The position numbers were made by a program, and so were the translations under genes. A stretch of 64,000 nt of DNA from assembly GCA_963761335.1 (NCBI GenBank), contig CAVXGR010000024.1, forward strand, positions 32,001 to 96,000, given 5' to 3'. How positions within the stretch are numbered: position 1 is the stretch's first letter; each line of letters starts with the position of its first letter. A model generated the notes under the pieces. That model saw only the letters and a program-made list of their open reading frames with translations, did no database searches and had not been told where the DNA came from. This DNA is from an uncultured delta proteobacterium (GTDB lineage Bacteria; Desulfobacterota; Binatia; HRBIN30; BPIQ01). Below, one piece after another: positions 11,098 through 20,360 of the stretch.

Positions 11098-12456
11098 ATG
11101 AGCGCCCCCACCCGGGCTTCCGCCAGACACAGCGCCGGCGCCGCCGCTGCTGCCGTGCGATCGGCCGCAGCTGATCTGCCGAGCCGCTTCCGCGAGGTTC
11201 GACGGCAGACGGAGCGGCTGTGCGAGCCGCTGTCCGCAGAGGATTGCCAGGTGCAGTCGATGCCCGACGCCAGCCCGGTGAAATGGCACCTGGCGCACAC
11301 CACCTGGTTTTTCGAGACCTTCGTTCTCGAGCCGTGCGTCGATGACTACGCGCCGGTGCACCCGGCATTTCGCGTTCTCTTCAACTCCTATTATCAGTCG
11401 GTGGGCGAGCAGTACCCGCGGCCGCGGCGCGGGATGTTGACGCGGCCGTCGCTCGCGGAGGTTCGCGCCTACCGGCGGCACATCGATCGACAGATGGGCG
11501 ATCTTCTGAAAAGAGGACCGCTGGAGTCGGGGGTGGCCGCGGTGGTCGAGCTCGGGCTGCACCACGAGCAGCAGCATCAGGAGCTCATCCTTACGGACAT
11601 CAAGCACGCGCTCTCCGAGAACCCTCTCGCGCCGGTGTACGCGGCGGGCGCGCCGGGCCCCGAGGGTGCTGTCGCGGCGCCGGCGCCTCTGCGCTGGCAC
11701 GCCTATGATGGTGGGATCTTCTGCATCGGACACGAACCGGAGAGCGGTTTCAGCTTCGACAACGAAACGCCGCGGCACCGGGTGTTGCTGGAGCCGTTCG
11801 ATCTGGCATCGCGCCCGGTGACCAACGGCGAGTTCATCGACTTCATGGAGAGCGGCGGCTATCGGCGGCCGGAGCTTTGGCTTTCCGATGCCTGGGTGGC
11901 CCTGCAGGCGAGGGGCTGGGACTGTCCCTTCTACTGGCGACGGCAGGGTGGCGGCTGGAGCGTCTATACGCTGTCGGGGCTGCGGCCGGTCTCGGCCTGC
12001 GAGCCGCTATGCCACGTCAGCTACTACGAAGCCGATGCCTACGCCCGTTGGGCGGAGGCGCGTCTGCCGAGTGAGGCGGAGTGGGAGGTTGCCGCCGCCC
12101 CGGTGCCGATCGCCGGCAACTTCGTCGACAGCGGCGCGTTTCATCCCAGAGCCGATGTCGGGAACGGCAATGTGCCGGCCCAGATCTACGGAGACGTGTG
12201 GGAGTGGACGCGCACGCCGTACACGGCGTACCCCGGATATCGGCCGCCGGCCGGCGCTCTGGGCGAGTACAACGGCAAGTTCATGTGCAACCAGGTCGTG
12301 CTGCGCGGCGGCTCGTGTGCGACGCCGCGCTCGCACATGCGCGCCAGCTATCGCAACTTCTTCCCTCCCGAGGCGCGCTGGCAATTCAGCGGGATCCGCC
12401 TGGCGCGCGACGGCTCTCCTCGAGCTCGTCGAGTGAACGCGGCCAGTCGTCCTTGA
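11098..12456 (+). CDS. egtB: Ergothioneine biosynthesis sulfoxide synthase EgtB
   Basis: QSMPDASPVKWHLAHTTWFFE, HHEQQHQE, FGE-like C-terminal domain, GEYNGKFM. Confidence 0.9.
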   Translation: MSAPTRASARHSAGAAAAAVRSAAADLPSRFREVRRQTERLCEPLSAEDCQVQSMPDASPVKWHLAHTTWFFETFVLEPCVDDYAPVHPAFRVLFNSYYQSVGEQYPRPRRGMLTRPSLAEVRAYRRHIDRQMGDLLKRGPLESGVAAVVELGLHHEQQHQELILTDIKHALSENPLAPVYAAGAPGPEGAVAAPAPLRWHAYDGGIFCIGHEPESGFSFDNETPRHRVLLEPFDLASRPVTNGEFIDFMESGGYRRPELWLSDAWVALQARGWDCPFYWRRQGGGWSVYTLSGLRPVSACEPLCHVSYYEADAYARWAEARLPSEAEWEVAAAPVPIAGNFVDSGAFHPRADVGNGNVPAQIYGDVWEWTRTPYTAYPGYRPPAGALGEYNGKFMCNQVVLRGGSCATPRSHMRASYRNFFPPEARWQFSGIRLARDGSPRARRVNAASRP

Positions 12457-13306
12457 GCAGGCGAGACAGCGAGCGATCGGCGAGAAGGCGTCCCTCTGTC
12501 TGGCAGGTCGGGCAGTAGTTGGTCTCGTTCTCGGCGTAGCGGATGCGCTGCACGGCGCGCCGGCACAGCGGGCAGGGTTGGCGATAGCGGCCGTGAACCG
12601 CGAAGCCCTCGCGGAAGGCGGTGATATCGCCGGGCCCGGGAAACCGCTCCAAGAACTGCCGGCGGAGATTCTCGATCCACGTCTGCAACACGGCGCGAGT
12701 CGCCTGATGGAGTCGGGCGATCTCGTCGTCGCTCAGGCGGGAAGTCAGCTTCACCGGCGATAGGCGGGCGGCGTGAAGGATCTCGTCCGAGTAGGCGTTG
12801 CCAATGCCGCTGAACAGGCGCGGGTCGCTGAGAGCGCGCTTCAGGGTGTGGTTCTCCCGCCGCAGCGCTGCCGCGAACCGCGACAGCGGCGCCTCGAGCA
12901 CCTCGATGCCTCCCGGGTCGTGCACGGCCAACGCCGTCTCGCCTCGTACCAGGTACAGCGAGGCCCGTTTTTTCGGGCTGGCTTCGGTCATCAGCAGAGT
13001 GCCGGCGGGGAAATCGAAAGCCGCGAGCCCGATCTTCCCGGGCGGCTTGGCGCCGCGGCGTTCCCAGCGGAAGCGACCGGCGATCATCAGGTGGAAGATC
13101 AGGAATAGCTCATCGTCCAGCTCGAGCACGACGCGCTTTCCCAAACGCCGCACGTGCCGCACGACGCGGCCCGCGGCGGCGGCGATCGGCGGCTCGACCG
13201 AGCGCAGGAGGAATGGGCTGGCGAGACGGACGCGCTCGAGGGGCTGGCCGAGTATGCGCGGCTGCAGCGCTTCGATATAGGCGGTGATATCGGGCAGCTC
13301 GGGCAC
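12386..13306 (-). CDS. Fpg/Nei-family DNA glycosylase/AP lyase
   Basis: N-terminal PELPD, GK, HLMIAG, GIGNAYSDEIL (H2TH), C-terminal CPLC..CPTC zinc finger. Confidence 0.9.
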   Translation of the reverse strand: MPELPDITAYIEALQPRILGQPLERVRLASPFLLRSVEPPIAAAAGRVVRHVRRLGKRVVLELDDELFLIFHLMIAGRFRWERRGAKPPGKIGLAAFDFPAGTLLMTEASPKKRASLYLVRGETALAVHDPGGIEVLEAPLSRFAAALRRENHTLKRALSDPRLFSGIGNAYSDEILHAARLSPVKLTSRLSDDEIARLHQATRAVLQTWIENLRRQFLERFPGPGDITAFREGFAVHGRYRQPCPLCRRAVQRIRYAENETNYCPTCQTEGRLLADRSLSRLLKDDWPRSLDELEESRRAPGGSR

Positions 13307-13362
13307 GGGCGGTGGGGCTCTCCGCGCCGCTCATACGACGTCGGCCGCGGGCCGCACAAGCC

Positions 13363-13470
13363 TCAGGTGCAACCGCGCAGAACGAACACCAGAATCAACA
13401 CAGGGATGGGGATGCCGAGCAGCCAGAGCAGGATCCAGCCGACTTTTCCGGATTCACTCGATGGTGTCAT
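13363..13470 (-). CDS. 35-aa single-TM small protein (GKVGWILLWLLGIPIPVLILVFVLRGCT)
   Basis: ATG overlaps the upstream stop (TGATG), GGAG upstream, one hydrophobic helix. Confidence 0.6.
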   Translation of the reverse strand: MTPSSESGKVGWILLWLLGIPIPVLILVFVLRGCT

Positions 13471-13967
13471 CAAGCGGACCTCTCCCGCACCGGCGTCAGG
13501 CCGGTGCGCCTTCCTCTCGTTTTCTTCTTCCGCAGAACCCGATTCGACGCTTCGTCCACCGAGTGAGAGGTGCGCAGGTTGCGCTCCTTCTTGGCGATCT
13601 CGGCGAGCCGGCGATAGTGGCGCTCCAGGGTGTCGAGCTCCTCCTCGGTGAGATCCTCGACGACGACGAGATGGTTGCTGGCTCCCGGGACTGCGGCCAC
13701 CAGCTCGTTCAGCTTCAGATGGATCGCCAGCGAGTCCTTGTTCTGCGCCCGTTGGATCAGGAACACCATCAGGAAAGTAACCACGGTGGTGCCGGTGTTG
13801 ATGACCAGCTGCCAGGTGTCCGAGTAGCGAAACACCGGGCCGAGCAATGCCCATAGCAGGACGGCGCCGGCGGCAATCGCGAGAGCCGGAGTGCTCCCGG
13901 TGAATTGCGTCGCCGCGCCGGCGAATCTCTCGAAGAGAGCCGTGAGGCGGGTACTCGATCTGGTCAT
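13470..13967 (-). CDS. Low-affinity iron permease (Fet4-like) family small membrane protein
   Basis: WQLVINTGTTVVTFLMVFLIQRAQNKD..AIHLKLNEL signature. Confidence 0.88.
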   Translation of the reverse strand: MTRSSTRLTALFERFAGAATQFTGSTPALAIAAGAVLLWALLGPVFRYSDTWQLVINTGTTVVTFLMVFLIQRAQNKDSLAIHLKLNELVAAVPGASNHLVVVEDLTEEELDTLERHYRRLAEIAKKERNLRTSHSVDEASNRVLRKKKTRGRRTGLTPVRERSA

Positions 13968-14016
13968 TGGGCCGCGTCGCGGGCCGGCTCAGGGCCGGCC
14001 CGCGCTCTCCGGGTGC

Positions 14017-14316
14017 CTATTGGTTGGCCTTCTGACGCGCCTTGCCCTTGAGCTCCTTGGCCTTTCCCTCGGCGGCCATGCTGTCGTCGTCGATCACCTG
14101 GCCGACCCGGTTCTTCACCTTTCCGGCCACCTCTTCGAGCTTGCCCTTGGTGCGCTCCTGCACCTTTGCCGCCTCCTGCTTCGCCTCACCGCGCAGCTCC
14201 TTGGCGCGGCCTTCGGCTTCCATCTCGTCATCGCCGACGATCTTGCCGATGTTCTTCTTGATCTTGCCGCCGAGCTCCTCAGCGGCCCCTTCTCCTCGTC
14301 GTGTTTGCGAGTCCAT
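14017..14316 (-). CDS. csbD: CsbD-like general stress protein (duplicated unit)
   Basis: GKIKKNIGKIVGDDEMEAEG repeated; AAGGAG RBS. Confidence 0.8.
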   Translation of the reverse strand: MDSQTRRGEGAAEELGGKIKKNIGKIVGDDEMEAEGRAKELRGEAKQEAAKVQERTKGKLEEVAGKVKNRVGQVIDDDSMAAEGKAKELKGKARQKANQ

Positions 14317-14336
14317 CAACGTTCTCCTTTTGATCT

Positions 14337-14513
14337 TCAGTGAGTGGCATCATCTACCGCATCGCCGACATCGTCGGCGGCCTTGTCGATCTTCTTTCCC
14401 GCGCGTTCGGCCGGTCCCTCGTGGTGACAGCCGGCCAGCGATGCCGTTCCCACGGCAATGAAGGCCGCCGCCGCGACTCCGAGGATGGACCGGCTCAACG
14501 TCTGCATTCGCAT
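14337..14513 (-). CDS. Small lipoprotein (EGPAERAGKKID type)
   Basis: AGGAGG RBS, lipobox LAGC, 58 aa. Confidence 0.75.
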   Translation of the reverse strand: MRMQTLSRSILGVAAAAFIAVGTASLAGCHHEGPAERAGKKIDKAADDVGDAVDDATH

Positions 14514-14603
14514 CGAACTCCTCCTTCCATGCGCGGGGCGCATCACGCTGTTGGACGACGGTGTCTGCTCTAGTGCCCCCCGCGATTGCTTGGGGAGCAG
14601 CAA

Positions 14604-14619
14604 AGCGGGAAGCGTGCCA
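14604..14619 (-). promoter_or_regulatory. Candidate sigma54 -24/-12 promoter for the lipoprotein-csbD cluster
   Basis: TGGCACGCTTCCCGCT on the minus strand (GG-N10-GC), about 90 nt upstream of ATG 14513. The -12 element lacks TT. Confidence 0.4.
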
Positions 14620-14822
14620 GCACACCAACGACAACCGGCGGCCTCCGCCACAGAGGAAATCGACGCAAGGAAGAACCAACTTGCATGACTTTTTGAAAGT
14701 TGCAGCCGTCCTCGACGATTGTACCGATTACATGTCTCCGAGTAGGAAGTGCCGGAGTGCGACGTGGCTCAGTCCGAGACACGCGGCTTGACGGCGCTGT
14801 CTGCTTCGGGACAGAAGAGAAT

Positions 14823-15887
14823 GTGCTGCGTTCGCCGTCTGCCAGCGAGCTTCTGCAACCGGTCGACGCCGGCGAGCCGCTCGATTTGGACGCCGTGCTG
14901 CATTTCATGCGCGAGCACCTCGACGAGCCGCCGGCGGCGCTCGAGGCCCGGCGCTTCGGCGGTGGCTCTTCGAACCTCACCTACCTGCTCACGGACGGCG
15001 AGAGAGAATGGGTTCTGCGCCGCCCTCCGAGCGGACCTCTGTTGCCGACGGCACACGACATGGCGCGCGAGTTCCGCGTGCTCTCGGCGTTGCTGGACAC
15101 CGGGGTTGCGGTGCCGCGTCCACTGGCGCTGTGCTCCGATAGCGGACCTCTGGGCGCGCCCTTCTACATCATGGAGCGCAAGCGCGGCATCGTCGTGCGC
15201 ACGGACATCCCCGCGGAGATCGGCGACAGCGAAGCGAGACGGCGAAAGGCGAGCCTTGCGGTGATCGACGCCATGGCCGCGCTGCACGCCGTCGACTGGC
15301 GGGGCGTCGGTCTGGGGGAGGGCTTCGGCAAGCCGGACGGCTACCTGGTGCGACAGCTGCGTCGCTGGCGGGAGCAGTGGCAGCGCTCCCGCGATCGCGA
15401 GGTGCCGGAGGTGGAACGGCTAGCGATGTGGTTGGCGGCGCACATACCGGAGTCACCGCCGGCGGCTATCGTCCACGGGGACTTCCGCTTGGAGAACTGC
15501 ATGCTCCATCCAGAGTCACTGCGCGTCGTCGCCATTTTCGACTGGGAAATGTCGACCATCGGGGATCCGCTCGCCGATCTGGGTTGGGCGTTGGCCTACT
15601 GGCCCACTCCCGGCGACCCGGCGGCCTGGCGTGAGTCGGTGCCGGCGGTGTCGGTGCTGCCCGGCTTTCCGTCGCGGGCGGAGCTGATGGAGCACTACGC
15701 GGCGCTCACCGGTCGGGATCTCGCGCACCTCCGCTTCTATCAGGCGCTGGGGCTCTACAAGCTGGCGATCATCGCCCAGGGAATCCACCGGCGAGTCACC
15801 GCCGGGCAGATCCGTCTCAAGCACGCGGTAGGCATGGGCGAACGCGTGGCGATGATCGCAGCGGCGGGGGTGTCGCTGGTCGACTGA
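14823..15887 (+). CDS. APH/choline-kinase-like phosphotransferase (ACAD10/11 N-terminal-like)
   Basis: GGSSNLTY, LRRPP, AHDMAREF, HGDFRLEN, DWEMSTIGDPLADL. Start uncertain. Confidence 0.85.
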   Translation: MLRSPSASELLQPVDAGEPLDLDAVLHFMREHLDEPPAALEARRFGGGSSNLTYLLTDGEREWVLRRPPSGPLLPTAHDMAREFRVLSALLDTGVAVPRPLALCSDSGPLGAPFYIMERKRGIVVRTDIPAEIGDSEARRRKASLAVIDAMAALHAVDWRGVGLGEGFGKPDGYLVRQLRRWREQWQRSRDREVPEVERLAMWLAAHIPESPPAAIVHGDFRLENCMLHPESLRVVAIFDWEMSTIGDPLADLGWALAYWPTPGDPAAWRESVPAVSVLPGFPSRAELMEHYAALTGRDLAHLRFYQALGLYKLAIIAQGIHRRVTAGQIRLKHAVGMGERVAMIAAAGVSLVD

Positions 15888-15890
15888 GCG

Positions 15891-16922
15891 GTGGCTGGGT
15901 CGCTGTCCTCTCTGGAATCGATTCCGCTGGTGTCGATTCTCCTGCCGGCGTTCGACGCCGGGCATACCATCGACGCCTGTCTGCGCAGCGTGCGGCGGCA
16001 GACCCTGGGCTCGTGGGAGTGCGTGGTGGTCGACGACGGATCGGGGGACGATACGGCGGCGCGGGTGCGCGCCGCCGCCGCCATGGACGGGAGATTCCGC
16101 CTGCTGTCCTTTCCGCATCGCGGGCTGGTGGAGACGCTCAATGCCGGTCTCGAGGCCTGCCGGGGTGTCTTCGTGGCGCGCATGGATGCGGACGATCTCA
16201 TGCACCGCGAGCGCCTCGCGGCGCAGGTGGCGGTGCTGGTGGCCGACCGTGGTCTGACGGCCGTGGGTTGCGGCGTTCGCGTCTTTCCCCGGTCGGGGAT
16301 GCGCGCCGGGCGGCGCGATTACGAGAGGTGGCTCAACGCGGTCGATTCCGAGCATCGCCTCCGCTGCGAGGCGTTCGTCGAGTGTCCGGTGGCGCATCCG
16401 AGCCTGATGATTCACCGCGCCGCGCTGCGGGCTACGGGCTACCGAGATCGCGGCTGGCCGGAAGATTACGATCTGCTTCTTCGCCTTCTCGGCGAGCGCG
16501 CCCGCATCGGCGTAGTGAATCGCCGGCTGCTCTGCTGGCGCGACACGCCCGGACGGCTGTCGCGCCGCAGCCCCCGCTACTCCATCGAGAGCTTCACCGC
16601 CTGCAAGGCGGAGTTCCTTGCCCAGGGGATCCTGGCGGGCGGGGAGCACTACGTTCTGTGGGGCTACGGCGGCACCGGCAAGAAGCTGTGCCGCGCCCTG
16701 CGGCGACACGGAAAGCGGCCGGGTCTGATCGTCGAGGTCCATCCCCGGCGCCTCGGTAAGGTCATCGCCGGGGCGCGAGTCGTGGAGCCGGCGGCACTGG
16801 CGAATGTGCGCGACATGCCGATCGTCGTCTCGGTGGCCGGAGAGAGGCCGCGAGGCGAGAGCCGTGGCGCCCTGACGGCGATGGGATTCCGCGAGCTGAC
16901 CGACTTCGTCTGCGCCGCCTAG
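15891..16922 (+). CDS. GT2 glycosyltransferase with a C-terminal Rossmann-like segment
   Basis: VVVDDGS, ARMDADD, EDYDL, LWGYGGTGK. Confidence 0.85.
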   Translation: MAGSLSSLESIPLVSILLPAFDAGHTIDACLRSVRRQTLGSWECVVVDDGSGDDTAARVRAAAAMDGRFRLLSFPHRGLVETLNAGLEACRGVFVARMDADDLMHRERLAAQVAVLVADRGLTAVGCGVRVFPRSGMRAGRRDYERWLNAVDSEHRLRCEAFVECPVAHPSLMIHRAALRATGYRDRGWPEDYDLLLRLLGERARIGVVNRRLLCWRDTPGRLSRRSPRYSIESFTACKAEFLAQGILAGGEHYVLWGYGGTGKKLCRALRRHGKRPGLIVEVHPRRLGKVIAGARVVEPAALANVRDMPIVVSVAGERPRGESRGALTAMGFRELTDFVCAA

Positions 16923-16930
16923 CAGCGGCC

Positions 16931-17007
16931 GGGGACAGGCACCTTTTCGGCAGCCAAAGTCGACTGCTCCAATGGAGCGTCCTTGCGCCGAAAAGGAGCC
17001 AGTCCCC
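16931..17007. repeat. REP-like inverted repeat
   Basis: GGGGACAGGCACCTTTTCGGC (16931-16951) / GCCGAAAAGGAGCCAGTCCCC (16987-17007), 19/21 complementary. Confidence 0.75.
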
Positions 17008-17229
17008 TTGCGCGTCCTTGACCCACCGCCATTGCACCTAGGCGCCTTGGGGGCAGTGGCGGTGATCGAGCGATGCGGCGTCGAGCCGACTCCTGGCCGG
17101 GCACCGGCACGTCGGCTATACCGGCGAGGTGAGCGCGCAGTACTTTGCTGTGACCAGCCGCTATCGTCGCCAGGGGGGCCGCTGGCGGAGACTGGAAGAG
17201 GCGGGATCGGCGGCGGGAGCGCCGCCGCC

Positions 17230-19167
17230 ATGAGCGCGGCGCCGGCGGCCGCGAAGGAAGCGCCCTGCGGGTCGTGGCGGTCGCCGTTGGCCGCCGCGCG
17301 GGTGGCGGCGGGGAGTCTTGGGCTGAGCCAGGTCCTCATCGACGGCGGCGACGTCTACTGGATCGAGATGCGTCCACAGGAGGGTGGCCGCAACGTCATC
17401 GTACACATGCGCGATGGAGAGCGGCGGGACGTCGTTCCGTCCGGGTACAGCGCCCGTACCCGCGCCCACGAGTACGGCGGTGGCACCTACGCCGTCGCCG
17501 GAGACCGGGTATACTTCTGCAATTTTGCCGACCAGCGCCTCTACCTCCGCGAGTCCGACGGTGCGCCGCAGCCGCTGACGCCGGCTGCCGATGTGCGCTA
17601 CGCCGACCTGACCGTCGACCTTGGTCGCCGGCGGCTCCTCGCGGTGCGCGAGGACCACCGCTCTGCGGGCGAGCCGGTGAACACTCTGGTGTCCGTGCCG
17701 GCGAGCGGCGGCGAGGCGGAGGTGCTGGTGTCCGGTGCCGATTTCTATTCCTCGCCGTGCCTGAGCCCCGACGGCGGCCGCCTGGCATGGTTGGCGTGGA
17801 ACCATCCGGACATGCCCTGGGACGCCAGCGAGCTGTGGCTCGCAGAGCTCGACGCGGCGGGGACCATTGGCGCGCCCCACCGGCTGGCAGGCGGAAGAGG
17901 GGAGTCGATATTCCAACCCTCGTGGTCGCCCGACGGCCTTCTGCACTTCTCCTCGGATCGCAGCGGTTGGTGGAACCTCTATCGCTGGCGGGACGGGCAG
18001 GCGGAGCCGCTGCTGCCGCCGACCGAAGCGGAGTTCGGGGCGCCGCAGTGGGTCTTCGGGATGTCGACCTATGGATTCGCCGACGCCGCGAACATCATCT
18101 GCACCTTGGCGCGCGGTGGTCGCTGGCATCTGTGCCGGCTCGACGTCGCCGCGCGCCGGCTCCTTCCGCTGGCAGTCCCATGGACCGAGATCTCGTCGCT
18201 GCGCGTCGCCCCGGAGCTCGCGGTGATGTGTGCCGGCAGCCCCCTCGAGATGACGGCCGTCGTGCGCCTGGATCTGCGAAGCGGGACGCACGTGACCCTG
18301 TGCCGTTCGGGCGAGATCGACGTCGAGCCCGGCTATCTGTCGGTGCCGCGTCCGATGGAGTTTGCCACGGGCGGCGGCAAGACGGCGCACGCGCTCTTCT
18401 ACGCACCGCGGAACCGGGACTTCGTCGCTCCCGCGGGGGAGCGTCCGCCACTTCTGGTGAAGTGCCATGGGGGCCCGACGGCGAGTGCGTCCATGGCGCT
18501 GGATCTGCGCATCCAGTACTGGACCAGCCGCGGTATCGCCGTGCTCGACGTCAACTACGGAGGCAGCAGCGGCTACGGCCGCGAGTATCGCCTGCGCCTC
18601 GAGGGACAGTGGGGCGTCGTCGATGTCGACGACTGCGTGAACGCCGCGCTCGCTGTCACCGCTGCGGGAGATGGCGACGCCGGGCGGTTGATGATCTCCG
18701 GGGGGAGTGCCGGGGGCTACACCGCCCTTAGCGCTCTCGTCTTTCGCGACCTCTTTGGCGCCGGCGCCAGTCACTACGGGATCAGCGATCTCGAAGGGTT
18801 GGTCACCGATACCCACAAGTTCGAGGCGCGCTATCTCGACCGGCTGGTCGGACCGTATCCGCAGCAGCGTTTCCTCTATCGAGAGCGCTCGCCGCTGCAC
18901 TTCACCGACAGGCTCGACTGCCCGGTGATCTTCTTCCAGGGGCTCGACGATCTGGTGGTGCCGCCGAGTCAGGCGGAAGCCATGGTGGCGGCGTTGCGCC
19001 GCAAGGGACTGCCGGTAGCTTACGTGACCTTCGCCGGCGAGCAGCACGGCTTTCGGCGTGCCGCCACTATCCGGCGCGTTCTCGAGGCGGAGCTCTACTT
19101 CTACTCGCGGGTCTTCGGCTTTCCCTTGACCGACGCCCTCGAGCCCGTCGCCATCGAGAATCTCTGA
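17230..19167 (+). CDS. S9-family prolyl oligopeptidase / acylaminoacyl peptidase
   Basis: Beta-propeller region, HGGP, GGSAGG nucleophile, QGLDD, EQHGF. Confidence 0.92.
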   Translation: MSAAPAAAKEAPCGSWRSPLAAARVAAGSLGLSQVLIDGGDVYWIEMRPQEGGRNVIVHMRDGERRDVVPSGYSARTRAHEYGGGTYAVAGDRVYFCNFADQRLYLRESDGAPQPLTPAADVRYADLTVDLGRRRLLAVREDHRSAGEPVNTLVSVPASGGEAEVLVSGADFYSSPCLSPDGGRLAWLAWNHPDMPWDASELWLAELDAAGTIGAPHRLAGGRGESIFQPSWSPDGLLHFSSDRSGWWNLYRWRDGQAEPLLPPTEAEFGAPQWVFGMSTYGFADAANIICTLARGGRWHLCRLDVAARRLLPLAVPWTEISSLRVAPELAVMCAGSPLEMTAVVRLDLRSGTHVTLCRSGEIDVEPGYLSVPRPMEFATGGGKTAHALFYAPRNRDFVAPAGERPPLLVKCHGGPTASASMALDLRIQYWTSRGIAVLDVNYGGSSGYGREYRLRLEGQWGVVDVDDCVNAALAVTAAGDGDAGRLMISGGSAGGYTALSALVFRDLFGAGASHYGISDLEGLVTDTHKFEARYLDRLVGPYPQQRFLYRERSPLHFTDRLDCPVIFFQGLDDLVVPPSQAEAMVAALRRKGLPVAYVTFAGEQHGFRRAATIRRVLEAELYFYSRVFGFPLTDALEPVAIENL

Positions 19168-19192
19168 GCCCGTGCCGTTCCCCCGGCCTCAG

Positions 19193-19312
19193 GCGGCTGT
19201 CTCACAACCCCTTCAAGGCGATTGCGCCGGCTCCCGGGCCGAGTAGAGGCGGCGTTTCGCCGCTTCGGAAAGCGCCGGGACGGCGCTTCTACTTTGGTTT
19301 TGCGACAGACTC
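19193..19312. mobile_element. Possible degenerate ~120-bp MITE or IS-end remnant
   Basis: Imperfect terminal IR CTGTCTCACAACC / GGTTTTGCGACAG (11/13) with internal IR AGTAGAGGCG / CGCTTCTACT. No TSD seen. Confidence 0.35.
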
Positions 19313-19493
19313 TGTAACGCAGGGGCCGAGGAGGGCCCCGCTATGTTTCTTGTCTGGTTGTTGGAGGATGTTTCTCTTTCCCCTGAAATATTTCTTGCAT
19401 GTAGTCAAATTTGGGCTAAACTGCCCAATCAGACTGGGCTGGCAAAACCGAAGGTGGCGGCGCCTGGAGCGCTGCCGGAAAGGGAAGGGATCA

Positions 19494-20180
19494 ATGGTAC
19501 GCAAGTCGTTGCTCGCAGGGGTTCTCGGGATTTTCTGTCTGGGCGCCGTGGTAGTTTCTGCCGAGGCGCACGGGCTCGGACGCCTCGAACGCCCGGGGCC
19601 GAGGGCAAAGAAGGACAGGCAGTGCGCCCGGGACTGCCAGCAGGAGGTACGCAGCTGCGTCTCCGGATACCTGACCGATGCGCGTCTCTGCCTGCAGGGC
19701 TGCTCGGATCTGTTCGATGCGGCGCACCGGGCATGCGCCGCGGACCCGTCGTCGGCGGACTGCGCCAGCGCCGCTGACGCCGCTCGCGCTTGTGCGATGC
19801 CCTGCCGCGAGGGAGTGCGCGATGACATCGGCAAATGTCGCGACGATGGGCGGCAGTGCCTCGCGGACTGCCCCGACCAGCAGCCGCCGACGCCGAACGA
19901 TCGCAGCTGTCTCTTCGACTGCCGGGTCTCCTTGCGCGGCTGCCTGGCCGATGCGCAGAAGATGGCCGCGGACTGCGCCGCCGCCTGCCAGCCCCTGGTC
20001 GACGCGGCCGGCCGCGCATGCACCGCCGATAGGCGCTCGGAAGCCTGTCAGAGCGCCCGCCAGGATGCCAGCGACTGTTTGCGGCCGTGCCGCCGCCAGT
20101 CGGCCATGGCGTCTCAGGACTGTGTCAGCCAGTCGCGCTCGTGCGTTGCGGACTGCGCCAGCGCGCCGGCGGCAAACTAG
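19494..20180 (+). CDS. Secreted Cys-rich protein with two 12-Cys repeats
   Basis: Signal peptide, purine-rich RBS, two units with identical Cys spacing. Confidence 0.8.
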   Translation: MVRKSLLAGVLGIFCLGAVVVSAEAHGLGRLERPGPRAKKDRQCARDCQQEVRSCVSGYLTDARLCLQGCSDLFDAAHRACAADPSSADCASAADAARACAMPCREGVRDDIGKCRDDGRQCLADCPDQQPPTPNDRSCLFDCRVSLRGCLADAQKMAADCAAACQPLVDAAGRACTADRRSEACQSARQDASDCLRPCRRQSAMASQDCVSQSRSCVADCASAPAAN

Positions 20181-20201
20181 GGCGAATCTCTTCGGGGGCA
20201 C

Positions 20202-20253
20202 CCGGTAGCCGGTTCTCCATTCCCGGTTGCCGGGTTCTCCATCTCGCATTCTC
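20202..20253. repeat. Degenerate heptamer tandem repeat
   Basis: CCGGTAG CCGGTTC TCCATTC CCGGTTG CCGGGTTC TCCATCT CGCATTC. Confidence 0.55.
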
Positions 20254-20360
20254 TTCCCCCGGTCACACCGGCGGCCAAGCGGGCCGCGCTCCCCGAGCGG
20301 CGCGTCGCTGAAAGCGCCGCCTGTGCTTCGCGCCGCCGTGCGGTTGTGGTATCGGGCAGC

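Noticed and set aside
11098..12456. Selenoneine synthase (SenA) instead of EgtB
   Set aside because: No senB or selD neighbours, and the motifs are EgtB-like.
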